Positions 23,787 through 36,100 of a stretch of DNA of 46,119 nucleotides are shown here, piece by piece. Under the pieces are notes generated by a model. That model saw nothing but the letters and a program-made list of their open reading frames with translations, was not told where the DNA came from and ran no database searches. The first letter of the stretch is position 1, and every line of letters begins with the position of its first letter. The position numbers were made by a program, and so were the translations under genes. This stretch comes from Octopus bimaculoides (taxonomy: Eukaryota), in contig NC_068981.1 of assembly GCF_001194135.2 (NCBI RefSeq), forward strand, positions 114,169,827 to 114,215,945. The letters run 5' to 3'.

Positions 23787-24019
23787 TATGTATGTATGTA
23801 TGTATGTATGTATGTATGTATGTATGTATGTATGTATGTATGTGTGTGTGTGTGTGCACGTGTATGTGTGTGTGTGTGTGTGTGTGCATATGATATAGAA
23901 ATATATATATATGTATTTGTACATATGATATACAAATATATATTTGTATATAGGGGCGGGAGGTATTTGAGGACATACTTGGTAATCTCTAATTTACTAT
24001 GATCCAAATATGTTTTTTA

Positions 24020-24900
24020 ATAAACATTTGTGTAAATGCTGTCGATTGTTCTATGAATCCGATTTCAGTTTCGGACATCACTTGGAGAATGGCGACATTC
24101 GGTGAAGCTAAGGTATTGTGAAAATATCGAGTAGTCTCCTTTTCAGCAACGCTCCAAATGTAGTAGTCAATGGGAAATATATCTAGCAAGTTTGGAGGTC
24201 ACAAGTTAGGTATTATACATTGTAATATATGAAATTCTTTAGATGATGTTGAGTTTTATCGAAATACTTGTGGCCTTCTAATCCCTACATAATCCATGCA
24301 AAGCTTAACAACTGTCACCAGCACGTCAGCGTACGCAACATAAATTCAAGGACCCTTTGGAAAGATGTGAGGTGGCATGAAACGAGCTACGTTATTCACC
24401 TCTCCTAAAATCATCACAGTTGCTGGAAACTTAGTGGCATCACTATGGGGACATCGGAATGATCTGCACTTAACTATCAGTCATCTCTCCTGTTAAACAT
24501 TTAGTCTTGGTTGAAGATTGTCTGATCAGAGAAGAATCAAAATATGTGCGTGACTGTTTTAACCTTCGCACGGATCAAACGGTTTTCGCGTGTCTTTGCA
24601 AACAAGAATTGGCCTCTTCTCAGTAATATATCCTCATGAACTGCAATTCAGGTAGAACACTCCGATATCTAAAGTTCTTTGGTGATGGCCCTCATTGATA
24701 TTTCAGGACCATCGATTATGCTTTGAAGTCGTTAGACGAATTGCGGTGTCTCTATATTGTCCGGACATTTAGGATGTTTTCTTTTCCTTTGATACAGTTG
24801 AAACATTCCTGTAAGAAGCTTCTAATTCCACCCGAACTTTGAGTACATTTTATAATATTTAGAAATTTAGCAATTTTTAAATGGCCATGTTTCACACGTA
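24020..24900 (-). mobile_element. Tc1/mariner (maT/DD37D-like) transposase remnant
   Basis: Minus strand gives FFSDQTIFNQD..NRRDD...VPIV..KFPATVMILG and, C-terminally, LDIFPIDYYIWSVAEKET..HNTLAS (SPDLNPLDY-type motif). Confidence 0.75.
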
Positions 24901-25799
24901 AGATATCAATGATTGTATGTCTTTTCATTTCTTGTGTCAGCCTTTTATGGTGGATTCGAAATAAATAAAACTCCGTTAATTAGTTTGAAGAAAGTAATAT
25001 ACTGATAATTAAGTATCCTCAAATACTCGTCGCACTCTAAATATAAGAACATCATTCCCTTGAACATTTTACATAAAAACACGAATATTCGAGTTTAATA
25101 TTTTTTTGTTTAAGTATTTTCTCACTTCCTAGTTATTCCCTTATGCTTAGTTTGAAACAATAGCTTTCCTAAGTCCCTCAACATCTCAAACGTTCCTCAG
25201 CCGTATTATTCAAGTAAAATGATTATATTTGTAGCATTGTTATTTAGCCTTTGTCATAGATGTCGAAGGACCTTGGGAATAATGAAAAAGCAGTAACTTC
25301 CTCTTGATTTTATTATCAATTTTACGTATGTCGTATCTGTGTAACCATTTCTGCTTCGTAATTTGATATCAATATGTCTTCTATAGCTATGACTCCTTCT
25401 ATTTTATGCTTGCATTCAACTAAAGTTATGCAAATATTTTTTTTTATGTGTCATGTGCTTATAATATGTTACCATGTCTTGATGTAAATACATAGAAAAC
25501 CTATCAAATTGTCGATGTTTGTCTTATGATGTTCACGACTCGGATGTTTTCATTTAAATTCGTATAGTATATTGTTTGTGTGAAGCATTTCTCAGGTTTC
25601 GGCTTTGGTTTTTTATGTCGATGCGTAAGTTTTTCATTCTGGTGTTCTTGAAATATATTGTAAGGACAACGATTTGGTTAAGTGTGGTATATGTATTATT
25701 CTGTTTTATGTTTTTTTTATGTTTTTTTTTATATGTCACCCATTATTTAACTATGGTTAATTTGGTTCATGTACTATATGTATATGCAGGATTTGTGTA

Positions 25800-26160
25800 T
25801 TTTCAATGAGTGATGCATCTGCTGCTTCTGCATGGCTCAAGTTAATCATATATTCATCCTTAGTCTGTTCTGCTAATGCATTTGTGTAACCGATGTTAAT
25901 GTTCCTTTCACTTGCACGTGTTTTGTGACTGTAGGGACACTCAGTATTTTTTAGTATGGGACGGCCTCTGCTGCTGTACACTCAAATATCCTGATCACTT
26001 TCAAAGAAAGAAAAGCCGCTTCACAACTTGTGTTCAGTCTCGCCCATAGGCGTCGTACTGATCATTACACCCAGGCTTTCCTTCCCAGAATATTTCTCCA
26101 TCTGGAATTCCACCCATGTCGATGTCTTTCCTGTACTAAATGGTAATTGCCATTGCCTCT
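25800..26160 (+). mobile_element. CR1/Jockey-superfamily LINE 3' end remnant
   Basis: RRRTDHYTQAFLPRI../WNS.HVDVFP at about 26050-26135 matches the R..HY..SFxPRT..LWNSLP..VFP terminal motif. Confidence 0.55.
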
Positions 26161-27042
26161 AGATCCATCAAATTAAAGATGTATTAGTTGACGTTTTTAT
26201 CAATAGTTATATCTATATAATCATGTTTCATACATTCCTATATATTTATATCACTTTTTTGTGTTAAGTTATCAGTATCCATGGAAAACCTTTCAAGAGA
26301 CATGTGCTTATTTGCCTTTTTAGTTTTATTCAGTTTTACTTACAAGGCTAATATTACAATATGTTCAGCACTTTCATTCATAGATTCTAAATTCCTGGGT
26401 TATAAATATTGCTACAAAATATCTTTTAAACATTTTCAACAGTTTCAGATTCCAAATCGATAGATCTAAAATATTTTAATAGAGATTAATGCAATCAGAA
26501 AAAATTCTATAGCCAAAAGAACGCGATCGAAGCAATATATATATATATACATTGCATTTGGAAACGATATTTAGTATAAATAAGTGAAATTTTAATCGAA
26601 TTACTGTCGAATCTCACATTCCAGGCTCTCTTTGTAATTTTCATTAGAGTCTGAATTTCAGTTCTTAAGATTTTTTTTCCATGCTCACGCTACTGAAAAT
26701 ATATTTAGCTCATTAGTTTGAAATTTCTAATCTAAATTTTGAAAGTATAAATTATAAATTTTGCGACAATATGTTTATTATTTTAAGGGAAATTTGTTTA
26801 CAGCATTTATTCATTACACATGAAATATGATTTTGCTTTTGTTACTCATGCAGTAAAGCGATCCAAAAGATTTTCGTATGATATAACTTCGATAACTTAA
26901 AAGATTTGCCTTTCGTAAAACTTTTTCATCTATTTGTTTTATTTCTTGTTATCGGTCAGACTTGTCTCAATCTAGAATATATAAATATTTAATAATTTAT
27001 TAAATCTGTACATTTTTATGCCAATACCTATTTCAATTTCAG

Positions 27043-27286
27043 GCGAAACTTCATTTCTGCTGGAGCTGCTGCTGGTATTGCTTCAGCATTTGGAGCGCCA
27101 ATTGGAGGCCTTCTTTTCTCAATGGAAGAAGTTTCTTCATTTTGGACGAAATCTCTGTCTTGGCAAATATTCTTTTGTTGTATGGTAGCCACATTTGTGA
27201 CTGACCTTTTGAACTCAGCTTTTCATGGGTATCAACATGTCGGCACCTTTGGACATTTTGAGAAAGAACACTATGTATTATTTCAT
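27043..27286 (+). CDS. CLC-family chloride transporter (ClC-6/7-like branch), internal exon covering helices G-I
   Basis: Acceptor tttcaatttcag, donor gtatgt. Encodes RNFISAGAAAGIASAFGAPIGGLLFSMEEVSSFWTKSLSWQIFFCCMVATFVTDLLNSAF...YVLFH, with the CLC signature FGAPxGGxLFxxEE. Enters after a phase-2 intron and exits in phase 0. Confidence 0.95.
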
Positions 27287-28839
27287 GTATGTATAGTTAA
27301 ATATTTATTTTGTGATTGTGTACATCAAAGCATGTTCTTTAACATATGATGCTATTAGTATTAATATGCAGTACAAGACGGCTTCATTAAACCTCAATTC
27401 CATTTTTTTTCTTTTTCTTTGGTAACCTATAAGATATTAATGCATGTTCTTACATGTTTTATCTAAGTTTTGTAATTGATAAAATACGAAACGCACTAAA
27501 TTGTTTGAATCGCAAAATAAATACTTTTAGTGGGTGGTCTATAAGAGTCGTATCAATATCTTCACTCATAGATGTTAGATGTCATTCATAGATAAAGCTC
27601 ACAAAAGTAGTAAATTTTATAAGATGAGTATTTGTTTTGGGAGCATGTTCGAAGTTCTGGGCTCGTAGTAATCTGTTACACTAGGTAACAGATTTTTATG
27701 AATGTTATATTTTACTCCCAATGTTTGTGCTTTTCTATCACGTTTGATATGCTGATCACAATAAACTGACTTTAGTTTTTATATACGAAAAAAACTTACA
27801 TGAAAAATCCTAAAAATATTTATTATAACACAATTAATTGTACTTTCAATTACATCATGTAGCATATAGAAATCGCATTATATAACATGAAGAGCAATTA
27901 CGAATAATGCAACAAAACTGCAATAATCACGATATATGGTGATACAATGACTCAGAAGCATCAATAAACTAAGATGTGGACATTGGACTGTCGCTGCCTC
28001 TTGTGGTCTCAACTATTTTCCCGAACTAAGTTTTAAAAGTAATCGGCCAATCATTGCTTCATTACACCTTCCTTGATATCATTTCTCCATCAAATGTGTG
28101 ATCTAATGGAACCGATAACCACGCGCTTCTGACTGAGCGTCAAGGTTTAAAGAAACGAAGTCCAAATGAGAGTAAAAATAAAAAAATAATATTTTGCATC
28201 CTATTTGATTTGTTTTCAATCGAATTAATCTCCCCACACATAGCAAAAGCACGTAGCCGATATATTGCAGTGTATAGAAGTTATCATTATACTATATGTA
28301 ATAACACTTTGTAACAAACTATTAATTTTTTTTTTTGTCTTTTATCAGTAAGTGTTATTTCCTATTTGTTTCCCATTTCAAAGGAAATGACAACTCTGCT
28401 TTTGTGACCGGGACATCAATGTTTTGAAACTTACCTATATTTTATTACATTTCAGACATATTCAACGCTGAGATGCTGAAGCAGAAATATTGTTATAGTA
28501 AATATTCTGCTCAATACTATACATTTGCTTGACCTTAACCAGATGAGCATGTCCCTCAGTGGTTGACAATATTTGCATCTCTGATCATGAGCTGAAATAG
28601 TGGGAGAGCAGCATAGCCATGTTTTGAGAGATATTTTTGAGCTTGAATAAATGTAACAAAAGCAAAGTTTAAAGGAAATATTAACCATTTTTCATGCTTT
28701 CTAGAGGTAAGCAAATAGGAAATAACAGTTGCTATCCAGGGATAAAAATCGCGTTACACGGTGTAATCAAACAGAAAAATCAATGCAAAGTTTTAAGGGA
28801 AACAAATGTGACACGTTTAGATTATTAAAAAGCACCGTA

Positions 28840-28876
28840 GTAGCTGCTGCTGTTTCTGCTGCTGTTGCTGCTGCTG

Positions 28877-28932
<56 letters not shown>
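28840..28932. repeat. Compound (GCT)n-(ACT)n microsatellite
   Basis: Read directly. Confidence 0.95.
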
Positions 28933-30127
28933 GAAATGGATACGAAGGCATAATCTTTAAGAAAGCAAAATCCCTATGCATCTTATAATTCCCTAGTAGT
29001 GTTTCACGGAAGCTATTCTGTGCAGTTTTTAAAGCAGAATGATGAAACAAATGGAAATAGAAAATGAGACCCCTATTGTCAGTAAATATAGTAACCATCT
29101 ATTTCGAATCAATGCTTTTAAAAAATCAAACACATTTATGTTCATACACATGATTCACATATCGATTTCAATCGAAGCGAATGAAATAGAAATATTTTTT
29201 CGTGTAATTCTTATATCCATGAATAGATTTAAGGCATTTTGAATAAAACTGAATAGCAGCAAACTACATCCATCATTTAATACTCCCAATCTAAATAACG
29301 AACTATGGTTAGAAACTGTAGAGGACAAAATACAGCTGTTCTCTTCACAAAATCTGAAGCATGTCGCTACTGAAAACCTGATTTTTCCTTTCTATGCTGG
29401 AGAACACAATAATAAGCGTCCAAACAGCAGACATAGGTCAGTTCTGCCAACTGCAACGGCATTCACGAAATTCCATCCGGATGATGCAATTTTAATCAAC
29501 AAACCAGATTGGACTGTATAAAGAAATCAAGAAAACATTAGTGAATGTCATCAGCTATGATGAAAATTGAATATGTGCCGTGCGCCACAACAAATTTCAG
29601 AAAAAGTTAGACAGAAATGTAAAAATTCTAGACAATTGACATTGTCTAGAATTTTTAAGCAGAAAATTCAAGGACGTAAGGTTTGTAGATGTTATACCTA
29701 GTAGTAAACTAGTATAGAGTATTCGAAAAGAAAATAGGTTGGACTAATGAACTACCAAGTCGTACCCAGTTGTTGAATCATTCTGTATTCATAACAGCTG
29801 CAATAAAATCAACATATAATATAGCTGAGGTATTCGTGTTGATGCAAGGAAAAGAATGCGCTTTCTATCACGTAACACGTTCTAAAAAATTAATGACTCA
29901 GGATTGATAAATAAAATTGATATATAACTTCTGTCTACAGCCTCTTAAGATCCGATAGGACGATAGGCTGTTTACTGCATTCGTATCGAAGGGCAGAAAT
30001 AGTCTCAATAAGAAATATTATGACCACGTTGGATATAATAGAATAAATTGCTGAACATTGCTGAAGACAGAGCAGAATAGCTGGCTCTAAAATAGATCGA
30101 TAGACATATGAATAATGAGGTCGACTA

Positions 30128-30280
30128 TGAAGGCGGCGAGCTGGCAGAATCGTTGGTACACCGGGGAAAATGCTTAGCGGTATTTCGCCGGTCTGTACGT
30201 TCTGAGTTCAAATTCAGCCGTGGTTGACTTTACCTTTCATCCTTTCGTGGTCGATTAAATGAGTATTAGTTGCGCACTTA
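30128..30280 (+). mobile_element. tRNA-derived SINE (ggcggcgagctggcagaa family)
   Basis: A-box-like ggcgagctggcagaatcgtt, B-box gagttcaaattc, body ctttcatcctttcg.ggtcgat. Homologous to 32910-33131, 35714-35910 and 38320-38452. Confidence 0.85.
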
Positions 30281-30399
30281 TATGTCACGCATCGGAAAAG
30301 CCTATGTTTGAATCTGTCTCACTCAGTAGTGGGTACATGATAGACATGATGCATGATAGGGTGCACCCTGCAGCAGTATCTCATCCTCAATAACAAAGG

Positions 30400-32790
30400 A
30401 TATCGGCGTGACGATCACACGGCAACATTCTTCATACGAATCGTACGATGGGCATCGCATGGAATGCACTGGGGACATTTGGCTTACTGTGAAACGTGTA
30501 GGTCAGCAATTACTCCATACTTTCAAAATAATTAAAGGTGACTGCAGGTATGGTCTACTAGGTCGTGACCTGCTCAATACTGAAACAATTTGCGGCGTTG
30601 AGTAATTTCTGCCGACAATAAAAGGAGTGCAAGCTTCTGTTAAATAAATACCTAATGCCTCTGATAAATTCTGTGCTGCCAGAATCGTACCTATTACTCT
30701 CGAGGAAGATGTAGTACAGGAAATAGATGCATTGGAAGGTGTAATTAAAAATACGCTCCGAGTGGCATAGTGTTACTTCTCCAGTCATGTGTGTTAGAAA
30801 GAAAAATGGATGACTGCATATGTGTCCCAACTTCAAAGTTCACCTAAATGAAAAGATATGCACGGAAGCTTATCCTTTGCCACAAACAGAAACCACGTTC
30901 AGCAAGATCAGCGGTGCAAGATTCTTCGGTAAGATTGACTTAACCGACGTATATTGGCATATCGAGCTCGATGAGAATAGTCAGAAGCTCTGTACCATCA
31001 CTACTAAAAGAGGGGTATGCTTGGTTATGTGATTACAGAGTCAGGGCATTAAATCATCCAAAAAAATACTGAGGAACTTTAATCCTTTCTTGCACTAATC
31101 GGATACTTGGGCGATTCATTTCAAATTTCAGTAAGAAAACAACTAGCATACAGAAACTAACTACTGCCGATCGTTTTCAGTGGACAGACAAGTGCCAACA
31201 TGAATTTGAGAATATTAAAGACGAGCTATACAAAGAACCAGCGTTGAAGTCAGTTGATCCTAAATTACCTACCGAGCTGACGATGGATGCCTCAGTGAAC
31301 AGTATTGTGGCAATACATCCACAAAATGGTCACGCTGTTCTATATGTGTCGAGATAATTGACACCTGCTGAATCTAATTGGTTAAATATCGAGCGCATTT
31401 GGCATCGTATGGGCCGTCACCGGTCTCCAACAATTCCTGCTAGGTAAAAGGCTCAAACTCAATACGGATCATAGACCTTTAAGATATATCTTCCACGAAT
31501 GTTTCTGAAAGAAGCAGACGATGGGCTATTCAACTGATAGCGTTAGATTTTGACATGTCGCATATCTTTGGCTCTAAAATTCCTTATGTTGACGCAATGT
31601 TGAGATTGCAAGCAGCGAACAAGAGGGAATTGTCTTTGCAGTTGAGCAAGTGAGTGACATTCCATTCGGAGCCACGTACATCGATCATGTGAAAAATATT
31701 ACTGAATATGACAGCGAATCAAACGTAGAATCATAACCGCAAAATGGACATCGCGAAACAAGTGCGACCTCCCTTTTGAAACGCATGAGTGATAAACTAA
31801 CAATGGAAGATGGAATTCTATATTTGCGAACGAGAATGTTTGTTCCCTAACAACTACGCTACAGTGTACTTAGCGATAGTTATGATACACATTTGCTCAA
31901 TAAAATTTTTCTTGATTATTGTGGCCAAACATGTCTTGGGATGTGACTACCTTCATTCCTAACTGTGTTGCTTGTCAACAGAATCGAAGTACGAAAGCTG
32001 ATTCGACACCGACGTGGAATAAGGATGGTCTTTGGGAACGTACTCACATGGATTGGGTTTTCATGAACCGCGTTAGCAATTTACTCATTGTTGTCAATTC
32101 GTATTCCAATTACATCAATGCCATCTCTTGCACCTCACGCGAGAAGGAAAATATAAAAATATGCTTCATGCATCCTTTCGGTCAGAGACCTGAATTTACA
32201 GCAATGAAAGGTTGGTTATCGATCCTTAGCATAGAGAGTATATATACACCTACTTATCATCCACAGTCAAATGGGCAAGCCGAGCGAAACTCTCCAACGT
32301 GCCTCATCTGCATGGATTCCTGTCGTTGACGATTGGTATCCTTACTTACAGCGAGTTCTACTCAATCATCGTTCTTCATCAAGCGGGAAAGCTGCTTCTC
32401 TTGGGGAAAGGTTATTTGGATGACCATTACGTACCAGCTGCAATCCACGATTCATACCGTTTACTAACGTCTGGTACTGCAACAAATGCATGAAAAAAGC
32501 AAGTCTCGTTATATATCTGGCACAGAAAGGTGCGAATATAGCGACCGTCGCAAACGAAAGCAAAAACTGGGTAACTAGTTTCGACCAATTGCTCCCGTCA
32601 ATGGACAGTTGTCAACCCGCCCAAGTAGGAATTGACTCGAGATTAAGCAATAACAACTATGGCGTCAAGTTAGAGAAACCCGAACCACAAACGCATAGAG
32701 TCGACGAGATGATGATTGGAGTAAACTGGCGATCCGGCAGAAAAAGAAACCCACTGAATCGACTTTCTTATTGAAGTGGCGAGTGTCATG
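30400..32790 (+). mobile_element. Ty3/Gypsy LTR-retrotransposon pol remnant (protease end, RT, RNase H, integrase)
   Basis: YGLLGRDLL; SPVMCVRKKNG..MCPNFK..LNEKI..AYPLP...GARFFGKIDLTDVYWHIELDENSQKLCTITT; ELTMDAS...LTPAESN; WPNM..DV...CVACQ...WERTHMDW...YHPQSNGQAER. Many stops, and no LTR pair could be identified. Confidence 0.88.
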
Positions 32791-32909
32791 TATTGAACTC
32801 CTAATGAACATATAACAAATGCTCTATATTTGCTTAAATAATTAAAAAATCACACGTCACATGGTATCTATGACCTTTGTGTGGACTCACCGGTTTTTTT
32901 CTTAATATG

Positions 32910-33131
32910 TATTTATTTCTCTATTGACCACAGGGAGCTAAACATAGAGGGGACAAATAAGGACGGACAAAGGGATTAAGTCGATTACATCGACTCAGTG
33001 TGTAACTGGTACTTATTTAATCGACCCCGAAAGGATGAAAGGCAAAGTCAACCTCGGCGGAATTTGAACTCAGAACGTAACAGCAGGCGAAATACTGCAA
33101 AGCATTTCGCCCGGCGTGATGACGATTCTGC
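32910..33131 (-). mobile_element. tRNA-derived SINE (ggcggcgagctggcagaa family)
   Basis: tcgaccccgaaaggatgaaaggcaaagtcaacctcggcggaatttgaactcagaacgta is the reverse complement of the family body and B-box. Confidence 0.85.
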
Positions 33132-33436
33132 GTCATTTCAGAAAATGAGGAGAGTATGCACAAGACTTTCAAGCTGTGTTTCATTTATTATTACTATTAT
33201 TATTATTGTTATTATTATTATTATTATTATTATAAATTGAGGCTTTGTTGTAACTCCTGGAGTCTTGCATGCGTAGCTGCCTACAGTACCATGCTATTTC
33301 TTCTTTACAACTACATAATACTTTCCTAGTTATTCTGGTTGTACCAATGAGGCAAATCTTTTGTGACAGTTCTGCTGAACACTATTCTTATTTCCTTTAT
33401 ATTCCTCTCGATACCTTCTGATACTGTTTTTTTCCC

Positions 33437-33489
<53 letters not shown>

Positions 33490-33500
33490 GTTATTATTTT
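33437..33500. repeat. (ATT)n microsatellite directly upstream of a splice acceptor
   Basis: About 20 units ending ...attgttattattttgtag at 33504. Confidence 0.95.
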
Positions 33501-33504
33501 GTAG

Positions 33505-33699
33505 ATTGCTACAGGGATAAATATCAACTTGCTGCTGTTTATACCAACTATAATTATTGGGATAATTGGTGGGATTTTAGGCGCGTTCTTTACATTTTTC
33601 AAACTGAAGATGGCGAGAATGCGGAAAAGGATATTTTTCAAATTGCCGAAACCAATAATGGCTAAAATTATTCACTGCATCGAACCTATAATTTGCATG
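33505..33699 (+). CDS. CLC transporter internal exon (helix J to start of K)
   Basis: Acceptor ttttgtag, donor gtatgg, 195 nt, phase 0/0. Encodes IATGININLLLFIPTIIIGIIGGILGAFFTFFKLKMARMRKR...IEPIICM, with the CLC helix J pattern GxxGGxxGAxF. In frame with the previous exon. Confidence 0.9.
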
Positions 33700-34219
33700 G
33701 TATGGAAACACCCTTTCGTTTTTTCTTCTTTATACAGATATAAACAATAATTTCGTTAGCATAAAATGTTGTTCATACACAGGATCTGCTTGATATGAAT
33801 TGTGCACGATTGAGATCTTGAATCAATTATAAGTGAAAATCTACCTTACATGATAATCCAATAAATGCATTTCATGCCGCAGGTCTTGTGTAAGAGGTAC
33901 AAATAATATTAGTCTGTTATACAATAGATTTTTTATCTCTATGTTACATGAAAATGTTGGATTGATTTGAATTGTTTCTTCACTTTTACACTTTTGCCAG
34001 CGAAAGTATACTAAATTTGTGTGTCTGGACAAACAAACAAGTGGGAGCTATTTATAATGTATTCCAAATTTGATTCAGCTAAATATTTCTTTCCTATTTG
34101 TATAAAAGTGTGTACACTCTGCGTGGTTAATTACTATGTAACTATACAACCTTTGGGGGATATTTTGAAAGGAGTGCAAGTTGTCTACACTAACGTGTAT
34201 TCGGGTGCATAGATGAATG

Positions 34220-35186
34220 TATAAATGAACAAAATAATGGAAACACCAGTGCTGTATTTTCTAATCAAAATTATTCGTTTATCACAATTTGGAATGCTTG
34301 CAAGAGATATGTAAATGCACTTCTGGCATCTAGAACTTAATGTTTATAACCTTATACCTTATCTTTTTTCAGTTAATTGTACTTATATATAATGTGCGAC
34401 CTTACTGATTTTAAACAAGGGAAATTTGTTCGAACTCGGAGGGCTGGTGCTTCAGTTTAATTATTACATTCCAAAAGCAAGGGAAAGTGAACTCTGAAAA
34501 GAGTGATTCAGGTTAGAATATCATCAGAAGTGGCCAATAGATCAACGGAAGATGAATAGTCTTTCATGCTTTTCCCAAGCTCTGGACGGGTTTAAGTCTG
34601 GAGGCAGCCCAAAGAAGCTTATCGTCCTACTGCTTGGTCCCTGCCGTTAAGTATGGAGGTGGGTCTGTTATGATTTGGAAAGCGATATCTTGTATTTCAC
34701 TTGGTCCTACAGTTGCACTGAATGGCAGGATGAAATTTCAGACGTATTTACAAATCTTGGGCGACCAAGTTCATCCTATGGTGCAGCCATTATTTCGTAA
34801 TGGTGAAGTAATCTTCCAAGACGATAATGTGCCAATTCACACTGCTGCAGTGATTAAAAATTGGTTTCAAGAACACAGACGTGAAGTGGAACACTTACAT
34901 TGGCCCATACAATCACCAGATCTAATCATTATTGTACATTCATGGTGTTACTTTCGAGCAACAAGTAAGGAATCACTTCCCTCCTCCAATGTCACTGAAG
35001 GAGCTGGATTTTTTTTTTTTTTTGTTGATGGTTGGCTGAAAATATCTCTCGCAACTGTTCAAAAGCTGTATGAGTCTTTTCCTGGACGTATCACAGCAGT
35101 TATTGCAGCCAAAGGCGGGTCAACTCCTTACTAAATAATAAAACTCTTATTTAGTAAGGCGTTTCCATTAATTTGTCCAACCCATA
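34220..35186 (+). mobile_element. Tc1-like (DD34E) DNA transposon, internally deleted
   Basis: ORF 34634-35134 (VKYGGGSVMIW...IFQDDNVPIHTA...WPIQSPDL...KGGSTPY). Imperfect TIR core acaaaataatggaaacacc (34229-34247) pairs with ggcgtttccattaatttgt (35158-35176). Confidence 0.88.
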
Positions 35187-35713
35187 TATATTTTATAAAA
35201 ATATAGTACAGTATTTATTATCTCTCCATGTGACATATTTTTCGACAAACTAGATTCAGTCGCAACAGTTTCCGGTGCCTTTTAAGTTATACTTTATTAT
35301 AGAACATGTTTCACTGACATGATGGGATTTAATATTCAAAGCTTTTGAATACAAAAATGAACTTTGCAGAAACTACATCTTGCGTAAATAACAACACATA
35401 AATTAATATTACAATTTTCATAATTATTGAAGAAGATTATGGTACATCAGATGATTCATTTCTTATCTACTTAGTCGAGTACGACAAAGTTTATGCGTTG
35501 ATATGGAGGTTTAATAAAACCAAAACTTATCTGAATTTTATCTTCCATACTAATGTTTAAATGCTTAAAATAATATTAATTATTGCCTTTTCTTCATGGC
35601 ATAATTTTCTTTATTTGTTTTGCTATTACTCACAATGTTAAATATTTCTATACTAAACGTTTTGATTCAAGTATTACAATGACAAGTTAGACAACAATAT
35701 TTTAATTGAGAAA

Positions 35714-35910
35714 AAAGCTGCAGAATAGTTAACATGCCGCGTAAAATGCTTTGCGACATTTTGTCCGTTTGTACGCTCTTAGTTCAAATTCCACCGAGGT
35801 CCACTTTGAGTTTCATCCTTTCGGGGTCGATAAAATAAGTATCAGTTGAACACTAGGGTCGATATAATCGCATTTCCCTCTAACCCCAAATCCCTGACCA
35901 AAATATGAAA
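35714..35910 (+). mobile_element. tRNA-derived SINE (ggcggcgagctggcagaa family)
   Basis: agttcaaattccaccgaggtccactttgagtttcatcctttcggggtcgataaaataagta. Confidence 0.82.
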
Positions 35911-36014
35911 CCAATATTTTAATAAAGATACGTACTATTTTTAGCTGATTTGTTTTACATTTATATCTATATAAGTATATAGTTATGTACTAATCCATAT
36001 ATATTCTTGACTAG

Positions 36015-36100
36015 GTGATAATATCGACAGTGTATATGTATGTACCTGACAGCTTCGGTTGCACACATTTCACCTGTTTAACAAAAGACGGAAATACAAC
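36015..36100 (+). CDS. CLC transporter small internal exon (end of helix K, start of luminal loop)
   Basis: Acceptor attcttgactag, donor gtaagt, 86 nt, phase 0 to 2. Encodes VIISTVYMYVPDSFGCTHFTCLTKDGNT. It is the only candidate I found that supplies the phase needed between the flanking exons. Not in the ORF track because it is short. Confidence 0.82.

Noticed and set aside
30058-30105. ctgaaga-cagagc...gctct-aaaa, a possible hammerhead
   Set aside because: It lacks an intact GAAA, and I could not build credible stems I and III.
33363-33665. 100-aa ORF with a poly-Tyr run
   Set aside because: It is a translation of the (ATT)n repeat in the wrong frame; the real exon uses another frame starting at 33505.
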